Positions 30,004-38,903 of a stretch of 64,000 bases of DNA are shown in pieces (within the stretch, counting starts at the first letter, position 1; every line of letters starts with the position of its first letter). The position numbers and the translations under genes were made by a program. Location: assembly GCA_965263295.1 (NCBI GenBank), contig OZ253665.1, positions 1,056,001 through 1,120,000 on the forward strand. Reading direction: 5' to 3'. The notes below the pieces were generated by a model that ran no database searches, had not been told where the DNA came from, and saw only the letters and a program-made list of their open reading frames with translations. The stretch is from Spirochaetia bacterium (GTDB lineage: Bacteria; Spirochaetota; Spirochaetia; SP-2023).

Positions 30004-30896
30004 GGATTTCCTCCGGATATGATTTTATCCCCTATAATAAGTACCATACAAAATATTTCAACCCTAATTTCCCTTTATTTGCAATAATTTTTTTTCTATA
30101 AAAACTCGAAATATAAAGTATATTAAATAATTTAGTATTAAAAATCACAGTATAATATCCTTTATCATATTAACATTTTAAAAATTACCTAAATGACACA
30201 TTAATATAAGGCCGCTAAAAAATCCGAACACAGGCTAAAAAAACAAGCTGACCCTCAGAATTTAAGTCCGTGTTAATTTCTGTCAAGATATCCGTCGCCT
30301 CTTCCACAGTCTGATTTTTGCCGGCTTTCCACCGCAGCCCTTGCTTTGCTCCTCAAGGCACGGCATGTCCTATCGCTGGATCAATTGTCACTATAGATAT
30401 GACAGTTAATTTACGAAAAATGACAAATGCTCGGACAATACATATTAAGAGTCGCTCTGGTGTAACGCTGTTATTGCCAAAGTCGACATACTGCCAACCC
30501 TGCAAGATTACATGGAAAGTCTGGTATAGTGAATTTTATTTCATCCGATATAATATGCGGCTTATTTTTGCCGTTTTCGGCGTTACCGCGCCAGCTTTAT
30601 ATTATTTTAGTTTGGCGCCATTCTATGTCAATTGCAACTTCTTGAGGGGGCTTAATCCAACACAAGCTATTTGTTAAGCCAGATATAGCTTTCAACAGTC
30701 TCAAATTGGCTCCCTTTTTGTTCAATTTGTTTCTCGCTTAGACTGTCGATCATATTTATACTGTTAATACCTTGGCCAACGAAAACAGGCCCGGAGTCGT
30801 TTGTTTTTCATTTGTGAAGAATTACTAAGTTGAGTCTGTATCAACTGTATGAACCATCTGGAAAGTTATATCGGCTCTGCGTACTTCAATGTCTTT

Positions 30897-30932
30897 GTCG
30901 CCCGTATCAGCGCAGTCGCCCGTATCAGCGCA
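30897..30932. repeat. 18-bp perfect tandem duplication
   Basis: gtcgcccgtatcagcgca x2. Confidence 0.9.
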
Positions 30933-30963
30933 AATGTTTCTAAAATCATAAAGGTGATCGGTT

Positions 30964-33183
30964 ATGAATCGCAGTGATAAAGTAAGGACCTGTCGGATTG
31001 TCCTCTTGCTCCTGCTGGCTACTCTTGTCGTCTATAGGGGCTATCTCCTTATCTACGAAAAAGATTACCGGGCAGTCAACGCCGAAAATATCAATAAAAT
31101 CGTCACGCGCCTCCACGGAAGTAATCGCTACCGGTTCGTCGTTGCCGGCAATATCCAAAATTCCATGCGGCTCTTTGAAAAACGCATCATCCCTTTAATA
31201 CAAGACAACGATGCCGATTTTATGATCTCGCTGGGTAATTCAGTATCTGACGGCAGTGAAGATAAATATCACTTATTGCACCGCGGATTCAGGAAATTGG
31301 GCATACCTTACCTGATGACTTTCGGAGACGGGGAAATGGAAGACTTCGGTTCGAACAGATACTACCGCCATTTCGGCCCCTATCTCTATTCGTTCTCTTT
31401 AGATAATGCTTATTTTATCTTTTTGGATAGCACCGGCAAAACCAACTGGAAATGGCAACTATACTGGTTGAAAAACGAATTGACAGCGGCACAAAAATAT
31501 CCTCATCGTTTCGTGTTTATGAACCAGTCTCCACTTGCCATCCAGGTTTCCGAATCAGTAGAATCTTCCGGCGTCTTAAAAACAGAATTGTGCCAAAGCT
31601 TGCAGACTATATTCTCGCAATATCGGGTGACTGCGGTTTTCTCATCTGGGTATCCCATCTACAACGACAGTGTGCTTCAGGGCGTTCGCTATATTGTATC
31701 GGGCGGCGGCGGTGGTTTATTGCTCAACCACCAAATGCCCTACCAGATTGCAGAAGTCGCCGTAAGCGAGGGGCAGTTCTCTATTGGAAACCTCGTTGCA
31801 ATTGGCCGAATGGGTACATTTCTCGAAAAGCTGGAAATATTCAAACTATACCTGCATTCGTTTTTCTATAAGAACTCTTTTAACTTATTGCTGGCTTTAA
31901 TCACGATCAGCCTCGTTTTGTTGCAACTCCATGCATCTGTTCTGCAAAAAGAGTATTTGTACCGGGACTTCAGTGACGACAAGGAGATTCTAGCCTCCAG
32001 GAAATTGCGCGTGGCTATGTTTACCAACAATTACCTCCCTTTTATCGGCGGAGTCCCCCTTTCTATAGCACGACTTTGTCGCGGACTAGGTCAATTCGGA
32101 ACAGTCGTAAAAGTTTTCGCACCGACTTACCCAAATGCCGCAGAAGAGCTTGAAGAGAGCAATGTCTTCCGGTGTCCCACACTGTTTCGCGATCGTCTGA
32201 CGGGATTTTCTGTTGCCAATGTGTTTTCCCGCAAGATCACAGCGGCGTTTCACGCATCTAAATACGACCTGATACATGTCCATCATCCCTTTTGGCTAGG
32301 TAAAAAAGGGATGCAGATTGCCAAAAAAAACGGCACGCCACTAGTATTCAGCTACCACACCCGGCTGGAGCGCTACATACATTATCTGCCTTTTCCCGGA
32401 GGAACGGCTCTGAAAAACCTCACAGCTCACTTTTTGATTAAGCGCTTTGCCAACAGATGCGATGCGATTATCACGCCTACGCTTTCTACAGAAGAGTACC
32501 TGCGCAACCTTGGGGTTAGCGTCATAATCGAAAATATTCCCAGTGGTTTCAATGCGAAGAATTACAGTGGCTGGAAGCCACAGCAAATAAAGGACTTGCG
32601 CAATCAATACGCCGCAGTTGATGAGCCACTCTTAATTTCTGTCTCGCGCATGGCTAAAGAAAAAAATCTCCATTTCTTAATCGACGGATTAGCCGAGTTA
32701 AAAAAACAAATTTCGACTCCGTTTAAGTGCTTGCTGCTAGGAGATGGGCCGGAAAAAAACCGACTTGAAGACAAGGTTGACGCATTGGGCTTGAATACGA
32801 ACGTCATCTTCACTGGCAGCCTGCCCCATGGCAAAGTCGCAGCATATTACCTGGCTGCCGATCTCTTTGTGTTTGCCTCCACCTCAGAAACCCAAGGCAT
32901 GGTCTTAATTGAAGCTATGGCGGGTGCCTGCCCCGTAGTGGCCGTCCGCTCCAGTGGAGTCAACGATGTACTTAAAGATGGCTACAATGGGGTACTCGTC
33001 GCTGAGGACACAGAAAGCTGGGCGGAAGCAGTGGCCGGTTTATTGACGGATCGACAGCGCCTGCTGCTCTTGGCTGAAAATAGCCGCGCCTTTGCCGCTT
33101 CTTATACAGAAGAAAAGGTCGCGGAAAATGTTTTGAAATTCTATCGGCGGGTCATTGCCCTCCACGAAGCAAAACAAAGATGA
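30964..33183 (+). CDS. Fusion: TM + degenerate calcineurin-like metallophosphoesterase + TM + GT4 glycosyltransferase
   Basis: GT4 motifs FTNNYLPFIGGV, HVHHPF, VSRMAKEKN and ETQGMVLIEAMA. N-terminal Metallophos-fold pattern FGPYLYSF..FIFLDS. Confidence 0.85.
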   Translation: MNRSDKVRTCRIVLLLLLATLVVYRGYLLIYEKDYRAVNAENINKIVTRLHGSNRYRFVVAGNIQNSMRLFEKRIIPLIQDNDADFMISLGNSVSDGSEDKYHLLHRGFRKLGIPYLMTFGDGEMEDFGSNRYYRHFGPYLYSFSLDNAYFIFLDSTGKTNWKWQLYWLKNELTAAQKYPHRFVFMNQSPLAIQVSESVESSGVLKTELCQSLQTIFSQYRVTAVFSSGYPIYNDSVLQGVRYIVSGGGGGLLLNHQMPYQIAEVAVSEGQFSIGNLVAIGRMGTFLEKLEIFKLYLHSFFYKNSFNLLLALITISLVLLQLHASVLQKEYLYRDFSDDKEILASRKLRVAMFTNNYLPFIGGVPLSIARLCRGLGQFGTVVKVFAPTYPNAAEELEESNVFRCPTLFRDRLTGFSVANVFSRKITAAFHASKYDLIHVHHPFWLGKKGMQIAKKNGTPLVFSYHTRLERYIHYLPFPGGTALKNLTAHFLIKRFANRCDAIITPTLSTEEYLRNLGVSVIIENIPSGFNAKNYSGWKPQQIKDLRNQYAAVDEPLLISVSRMAKEKNLHFLIDGLAELKKQISTPFKCLLLGDGPEKNRLEDKVDALGLNTNVIFTGSLPHGKVAAYYLAADLFVFASTSETQGMVLIEAMAGACPVVAVRSSGVNDVLKDGYNGVLVAEDTESWAEAVAGLLTDRQRLLLLAENSRAFAASYTEEKVAENVLKFYRRVIALHEAKQR

Positions 33184-33224
33184 GTCGGTGCTATCTTCGT
33201 TCTGTTACTACTTTAAAAATATCA

Positions 33225-33298
33225 TGGGCCCACCAGGACTTGAACCTGGGACATTCTGATTATGAGTCAGATGCTCTGACCGACTGAGCTATAGGCCC
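33225..33298 (-). tRNA. tRNA-Ile2 (CAT anticodon, lysidine type); CCA not encoded
   Basis: GGGCCTATAGCTCAG...TCTGA-CTCATAA-TCAGA...GGTTCAAGTCC..TGGGCCCA folds as a cloverleaf. The acceptor stem is Ile-like; Ile2 versus Met is an inference. Confidence 0.9.
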
Positions 33299-33360
33299 TG
33301 TTGAATTTGCGTAAAAGTAAAATAAAGTCTTCGAATATGCCCAATTTGATTGTATGAATG

Positions 33361-33433
33361 TAGTGGCGGAGGGACTTGAACCCCCGACCGAACGGATATG
33401 AGCCGTGCGCTCTACCGACTGAGCTACGCCACC
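33361..33433 (-). tRNA. tRNA-Met elongator (CAT); CCA not encoded
   Basis: GGTGGCGTAGCTCAG...ACGG-CTCATAT-CCGT...GGTTCAAGTCCCTCCGCCACTA. Lacks the initiator GGG/CCC anticodon stem. Confidence 0.92.
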
Positions 33434-33445
33434 AACTGGCTGTGC

Positions 33446-33473
33446 ATACTACAAAAAACAATGAAGGTGTCAA
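33446..33473 (-). promoter_or_regulatory. sigma70 promoter of the tRNA pair
   Basis: TTGACA-N16-TAGTAT, 12 nt upstream of tRNA-Met. Confidence 0.75.
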
Positions 33474-33488
33474 GTATATAATTAGTAT

Positions 33489-34925
33489 TCAAAATAAATC
33501 GACAGGAATCAACGGCTTGCCTTCCAGATGCATATGGATATCGAGCTTTTCTGTAAATGTATCACTGTTAAGGGTACCGGTATTGTCAATCATAAAGGGC
33601 GATACATAACGCAGTAATAATTGGTCTTCCCGATTAATTTTGAACAGGAAAGAAAGCTCTTGTCCATCTTCAAATGCAAAAGTCAGCAATTGATCATAGT
33701 CATTGCGTAGCCCCACACCCATTTGATAGGGGAAGAATAAAATACCTTTTGTCGGTCCTCGTTGCAAGAAGCCATCGGCTGCCAGGGCAGATGTATTGGA
33801 CCAACTAAATCGACCGTCAGCCTGGAATTGGATTGATCCGTAACGCTCGGCAGCACTGAACTGGCTACCCTTTTGGAATATAGTGGACAAAGCAACCTTG
33901 CGTTGAGCCAGGGCCTGTTTTTGGTAGTTCTGTAATTCTTCCTTGCCGATATTTTGTAGTCCGATAATCAACTCTTCCCCGTTCTTGGCATGATAATAAA
34001 AAGAAATTTCATCTGCTTTGACAAATATTGCGCGTGCCTGTCTCTCGTTAAAATCAATTTCAGCAGAGTCATCAATAGCAATACTATCAAGATCATAGGG
34101 GATCACCTCTGTGGGTTCTTGCGATGGCTGTAAGTAAAGTTCAATTTGCTCGGTTCCCGTGTTCACATAAAACTGCCCCTTAAACTGCCCCTCGTTGTCT
34201 GACAACATTAGCAGGCGAAGATCAATCATTCGACCACTGCGCAACAACTGGGCATATTTCTTCTGGTACCAGATCCCTTTGAGATTGTCGAAGCCAATGT
34301 CTAGTTCGTCCCGGCTCTGTTCCAAAGCTGCCAGTTTAATCACCTGTTCAGAACCGGACTTTGAACGATTCTCCAGCCGGAGATGGTGATCAAAGACGAA
34401 GCCGCGCACTCCGTCTTCGGTAAGGACTTCGTACCAGCGTCCTTCAAGATTCCCTAGTGTCATTGAATCAGAGGCTCGGTCTAGAATCTTAATGGTTTGC
34501 CGGGGGCGCAAACGATAAACTTGCTGAGCTTTGTGATCTGGCGCAGAGCGCATCACCAGACCTCCAGAATTCATATTGACAGCGTACCAGTCTTCAAACT
34601 GGACAAATTGCTGGCGGTATTCTTCTGCCCTAGGGCGGTGGCGAAAAAAGGCAATCCGGCCAATGGAAATACTGTATTCTTTCCCGTCACGACTGAAAAT
34701 ATAGCTATTGCTAACCCGTGATTCCCCCGATATTGCAATGATATCACCGTTGCTCAATCCTTGCATATTTTGTGCGTCCGGATCTCCCCACAACACAACG
34801 CCGTAACCCAGAATATTTAAACACGACAGGGGGGACAGGATCAAGGCCAACACAGCTAGTATTATTTTAAAGTAAACTGTATATAAGCTAGAAGTTCTCA
34901 ATTTCTTACAAGCCAAATGAATCAT
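33489..34925 (-). CDS. Spirochaete-type SH3-domain lipoprotein
   Basis: LSPLSC lipobox, LGYGVVLW and SH3b pattern LVMRSAP..VYRL..WYEVLTEDGVRGFVF. Confidence 0.8.
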   Translation of the reverse strand: MIHLACKKLRTSSLYTVYFKIILAVLALILSPLSCLNILGYGVVLWGDPDAQNMQGLSNGDIIAISGESRVSNSYIFSRDGKEYSISIGRIAFFRHRPRAEEYRQQFVQFEDWYAVNMNSGGLVMRSAPDHKAQQVYRLRPRQTIKILDRASDSMTLGNLEGRWYEVLTEDGVRGFVFDHHLRLENRSKSGSEQVIKLAALEQSRDELDIGFDNLKGIWYQKKYAQLLRSGRMIDLRLLMLSDNEGQFKGQFYVNTGTEQIELYLQPSQEPTEVIPYDLDSIAIDDSAEIDFNERQARAIFVKADEISFYYHAKNGEELIIGLQNIGKEELQNYQKQALAQRKVALSTIFQKGSQFSAAERYGSIQFQADGRFSWSNTSALAADGFLQRGPTKGILFFPYQMGVGLRNDYDQLLTFAFEDGQELSFLFKINREDQLLLRYVSPFMIDNTGTLNSDTFTEKLDIHMHLEGKPLIPVDLF

Positions 34926-35057
34926 CTCCTAAAATCGCCCTCAGGTGGACCTTTGTACTGGCCTGAAGTAAATCAATTGAAAGCAACCAATTAGCCCTCT
35001 GAGCACGAACATTACTTCAGCTCATTTAAACAATCACTTTATCGGGTGCAGATTTTT

Positions 35058-35091
35058 AAAAAACGAGTAAGGCCTTGACCCTACTCGTTTT
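35058..35091 (-). terminator. Terminator downstream of fprA
   Basis: Stem aaaacgagta/tactcgtttt with an A-run on the + strand. Confidence 0.65.
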
Positions 35092-35124
35092 CGCTCGTTT
35101 GACGAGTGACTTAATATAACAGCT

Positions 35125-36393
35125 TTATTTCAAAGCGTACTCTTTAACCTGACGAGCGAGTTCACGTGCTGATTCGTAACCTTTCTGCAAAACTTCCGGC
35201 AAAGCGTGACCTTGCCACTCGACTTCAGGCAGACAGTCCCATTCAAGGCCCGCGGTCAGCTGGGCGAACTCCTTGGAAGCGCCACCGGACCAGCCAAAAC
35301 CTCCGACGCGCAGGACTTTTTTGCGCTTGACTTCCTTGCGCCCCAGATCATCCAGCAAATGAGCCATGGGAGGGAACATCCGATACTCGTAAGTAGGCAT
35401 GGCACAAACGATGCCGGAAGAACGCCAAGCACTGCCCAGTATATAGCCGATGTCATCGTTAGGGACACGATATACGTGGACTCGAACCCCCTCAGAGTGT
35501 AGGCCTTCAATGACTTTGTCCACCATCTGTTTGGTATAGCCATACATACTGCCCCAGACGACGGTAACCTCCGGCTCAGCCGGCCCTTCGGCATATTTTG
35601 CCAGGCGTATATAAGCGTCAATAATTTTATCCTTTTTGGATCGCCAGACGACGCCATGAGAAGGACAAATCATGCTAATTTGCGGAACTAAAGGTTCTAG
35701 TTTAGCTATGGCCCGGACCACAAAGCGGGAAAACTTAGCGACAATATTGGCGTAGTAACGCTCAGCCTCAAGAATGTACCACTCTTGCTTGGCATCGGAA
35801 ATCTGATCGTCAAATATTTCGTCGACACGACCATACGAGCCAAAGGCATCACAGGAAAACAAAGCCCCGCTGCTTTGCTCAAAAGTCACCATAACTTCCG
35901 GCCAGTGGACATTGGGAGCATGGAAAAACTGCAAAACTTTGCCGGCTCCCAGATCGAGAGTGTCGCCATCCTGAACCTCGACAATGCGCTCAAGAGGTAT
36001 AGAGGCGAACGCCTGGATTCCGGCAACCGCCTTCGGAGTACAGTAGAATTTGGCTTTGCTATTGACGCGAGCCATTACCGGCAGAAAGCCTGCGTGATCA
36101 GGCTCCAGGTGATTAACGATAACGTAATCAATATCATTCAAAGGAAAGCCAACCTCTTCCAACTGCTTGGTATAGCGATCCGGAAAATCAAATAATATCT
36201 GTGTCAAGTCGATGATGGCCTTCTTTTCGCCGCGCACCGCATATCCATTGATAGATGTACCATCCGGAATCGGCCAAAGGCCTTCAAATAGGTAATCCGG
36301 ATCCTCGATATTGACCCCGACATGGAAAATCCCCTCTGAAAGTTCTGTAGCTTTATTCCAGACAAAGCCAGGTAAATCATACGTAGATGCCAT
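35125..36393 (-). CDS. fprA: Flavodiiron protein (FprA, A-type flavoprotein)
   Basis: FEGLWPI, NHLEPDH, HWPE, SCDAFG, PSHG and flavodoxin SMYGYT..GWSGG. GAGGAGG RBS. Confidence 0.95.
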   Translation of the reverse strand: MASTYDLPGFVWNKATELSEGIFHVGVNIEDPDYLFEGLWPIPDGTSINGYAVRGEKKAIIDLTQILFDFPDRYTKQLEEVGFPLNDIDYVIVNHLEPDHAGFLPVMARVNSKAKFYCTPKAVAGIQAFASIPLERIVEVQDGDTLDLGAGKVLQFFHAPNVHWPEVMVTFEQSSGALFSCDAFGSYGRVDEIFDDQISDAKQEWYILEAERYYANIVAKFSRFVVRAIAKLEPLVPQISMICPSHGVVWRSKKDKIIDAYIRLAKYAEGPAEPEVTVVWGSMYGYTKQMVDKVIEGLHSEGVRVHVYRVPNDDIGYILGSAWRSSGIVCAMPTYEYRMFPPMAHLLDDLGRKEVKRKKVLRVGGFGWSGGASKEFAQLTAGLEWDCLPEVEWQGHALPEVLQKGYESARELARQVKEYALK

Positions 36394-36413
36394 TAGCGTC
36401 CTCCTCAATGTTA

Positions 36414-36456
36414 TAGTACTTTGCTATATAGTAACAAGGTACTAATATATTGTCAA
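36414..36456 (-). promoter_or_regulatory. fprA promoter with overlapping inverted-repeat operator
   Basis: TTGACA-N17-TACTAT. Inverted repeat TAGTACTTTGCTA-N5-TAACAAGGTACTA (11/13 match) covers the -10 box. Confidence 0.65.
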
Positions 36457-36526
36457 ATATAAAAATATCAGGTTAACCGAGTATCCAGAGTATTGTCGTT
36501 CCCTAGCTTGTGGTATGTAATATGAT

Positions 36527-37342
36527 TTATTCTTGCATGCCATCTTTGCTTATTTGGTAATATTGTTTTATTATCTCCAGGTCTGCCGCGACCGTCAATT
36601 TCAGATTGAAGATTTCGCCGGGTACTATTTTAATGTCTTCTGAAGGTTGATAATTAAGAATCATGGAGATATCATCAGTAATCGGGAATTTCTGCTGAGC
36701 CCGGCGTTTTCGGTGTTGGGCAAAGGCCAAGCGCAGGGTTTGCAGTTCGAAGCTTTGTGGAGTCTGGCTTTGCATGATTTGGGAACGGTCCAGGACCCGT
36801 GCGACATGATTTTGCTGCCGGACAAAGAGGCTGTCTTGAGCGGGGATGGCGCAGACCACAGCGTTGCAGGCACATAACTGTTGCAATGTATCATCAATCA
36901 TGCGTTTATTCACCAAGGGGCGGGCGGCGTCGTGGATCAAAACCTGTATACGGCGCCGTGGGGACTCGTCCTGCCATTGCTGGCAGAACTCCAACGCCTG
37001 GCAGCTGGAGTCACTGCGTTCTCGGCCTCCCGCGAGAACGTAACTGGGAGCCATTTGCGCGGCGGCAGGATGCCGGTGAATATGAGCCCGGATGGTCTCT
37101 ACATATTCATCGGGCAAGACGAGGCAGACTTTGTGGATTGCCGGGTGTCGGGCGTAGCGTAGCCAACTGTGCTCCCATAGCGGTTTCCCGTCTAGGGGCC
37201 AAAACTGCTTGGGCAGTTGGCCGGCCTCTGGTCCACGGTCTGGCTCTTGACTGGTCGGAGGGACTTGGCTTGCTTGGGCAGCCCGGCGGCCAGTTCCACC
37301 AGCCAAAATAATTGCGATATTTAAAGGCTCTGGGAAATTCAT
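36527..37342 (-). CDS. ispD: IspD/TarI family cytidylyltransferase
   Basis: ILAGGTG, PKQF, GGRERSDS, LIHDAARP, QTPQSF, TDD and NLKLT. Confidence 0.85.
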   Translation of the reverse strand: MNFPEPLNIAIILAGGTGRRAAQASQVPPTSQEPDRGPEAGQLPKQFWPLDGKPLWEHSWLRYARHPAIHKVCLVLPDEYVETIRAHIHRHPAAAQMAPSYVLAGGRERSDSSCQALEFCQQWQDESPRRRIQVLIHDAARPLVNKRMIDDTLQQLCACNAVVCAIPAQDSLFVRQQNHVARVLDRSQIMQSQTPQSFELQTLRLAFAQHRKRRAQQKFPITDDISMILNYQPSEDIKIVPGEIFNLKLTVAADLEIIKQYYQISKDGMQE

Positions 37343-37389
37343 GTTTCGATATATAGTGCAAAGCCGCTTTTTCCGCTAGTATCTCGCCT

Positions 37390-38886
37390 GTGAAAGTAGT
37401 AATCGTAGGCGCTGGCAGTATTGGCTTCCAGTTGGCCCGGCAATTGATCGACGAGGGAAAAGATGTCGCCTTGCTCGAGAAGAATCCCGCAGTGCAGCGT
37501 TATGCCAGCGAGCGTTTGGATTGTAAAGTGGAGCTGGCTTCTGGCACTGATGTCGACGCTCTGCAGGGTGTCAATCTGAACGATGCCGATTTTTTTGTGG
37601 CCCTGACCGATTCGGACGAGGTCAATTTGGCTTCTTCTTACATTGTCGGGGCACAATTCCCGAATTTGATAAAAATTATTCGTATCCGTAACTTAGAGTA
37701 TAAATCAATCCACGTCATTGAGCGCTCAGTCGTCGGGCCGTGCTTTGTCGTTCACCCGCCGCGAGAGACGGCAGAAGCGATTTTAAAGACCATAGAACAT
37801 GGCGCTGTGGGTTATATTTATGAGTTTGCCGACGGGGAGATTCAACTGCGAAGTTTTATGCTCCATGAAGAACAGAAAAAAATTGTCGGCAAAAACGTTC
37901 AACAGCTACGGAATGATTCATCTGTTTCCTTTCTGATACCGTTGTTACGTCGCGACGGGATGGTTTTAATTCCAAACGCTCAAACTGTTTTAAACGGAAA
38001 AGACACGATTTATATTGCTTCAGAGCAGCGTCACATTGGCCACATTATCGAACAATTTGGCCTAGGCGCATTCAATTCCAGTAAAAAAGTTATTATTCTC
38101 GGAGGCGGTGAAATTGCGATTACGGTTGGGCGCCTACTAATGTCCAATAAGGAGCAGCCACCGAAGAAAACCAAAGAAAAGAAAGAAAGAGGTCTTTGGT
38201 ACAGTTTAACTAAGTGGTTTCGCAAAACTATCAGTTTCCAACGTTATAGAATCAAATATATTGAACGCGATTACAATCGCTGTAAGTCCATCAAGTCGCG
38301 GTTGCCCGCTGTCGAAGTCCTGAACGTGGATGTCACGGAAGAAAACTTATTTGAAGAAGAAAATCTGACCACGGCTAATATTTTTATCGCGGCCACGGAC
38401 AACCAAGAGTTAAATATTGTGACGGCTTTATATGCTAAAAATACGGGTATTCGCCGGGCCATTGTATTGGTTCGCAGCAAACAGATGCACAATGTCGCTT
38501 CCAGTCTCGGCCTGGATGTGATTGTCAGTACCAGTAATACCATGGTTAATTCCATATTGCGTCACGTCCACGGTGAAAATGTACACAATATCCAGAGTTT
38601 AGTCGACGGCGATATGGAAATTCTGGAGCTGCAAGTCGGCGCGAATTCCGTCGTTGTCGATAAAGCGCTGAACGAAATCCGTTTCCCCGATGAAAAGACT
38701 ATTATTACATATATTTATCGCAAAGAAGGCACCATTTTGCCCACAGGGTCGACGGTGTTACAGCGCGGTGATCGAGTAATACTGATCACCGATAAGGAAA
38801 GGCGAGAACGCATGGTGCAATTGTTTAACGGTGCCGTTGAGGCGGCTGACGCCGCATCGACAAATGCCACGAAGCGGAATAAATAA
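37390..38886 (+). CDS. trkA: Trk K+ uptake regulatory subunit
   Basis: Two RCK_N/RCK_C pairs (VVIVGAGSIG; IILGGGEIA; ATDNQELN). Confidence 0.93.
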   Translation: MKVVIVGAGSIGFQLARQLIDEGKDVALLEKNPAVQRYASERLDCKVELASGTDVDALQGVNLNDADFFVALTDSDEVNLASSYIVGAQFPNLIKIIRIRNLEYKSIHVIERSVVGPCFVVHPPRETAEAILKTIEHGAVGYIYEFADGEIQLRSFMLHEEQKKIVGKNVQQLRNDSSVSFLIPLLRRDGMVLIPNAQTVLNGKDTIYIASEQRHIGHIIEQFGLGAFNSSKKVIILGGGEIAITVGRLLMSNKEQPPKKTKEKKERGLWYSLTKWFRKTISFQRYRIKYIERDYNRCKSIKSRLPAVEVLNVDVTEENLFEEENLTTANIFIAATDNQELNIVTALYAKNTGIRRAIVLVRSKQMHNVASSLGLDVIVSTSNTMVNSILRHVHGENVHNIQSLVDGDMEILELQVGANSVVVDKALNEIRFPDEKTIITYIYRKEGTILPTGSTVLQRGDRVILITDKERRERMVQLFNGAVEAADAASTNATKRNK

Positions 38887-38903
38887 GCCAGGGTAATCCC
38901 AAA

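Noticed and set aside
30318..30677. 119-aa TTG-start ORF
   Set aside because: No RBS, atypical composition and no motif; treated as non-coding or decayed DNA.
33267..33609. Short ORFs over the tRNA locus
   Set aside because: They overlap two clear tRNA cloverleaves and their promoter.
37339..37656. 105-aa minus-strand ORF abutting ispD
   Set aside because: It lies almost entirely antisense to the conserved trkA N-terminus.
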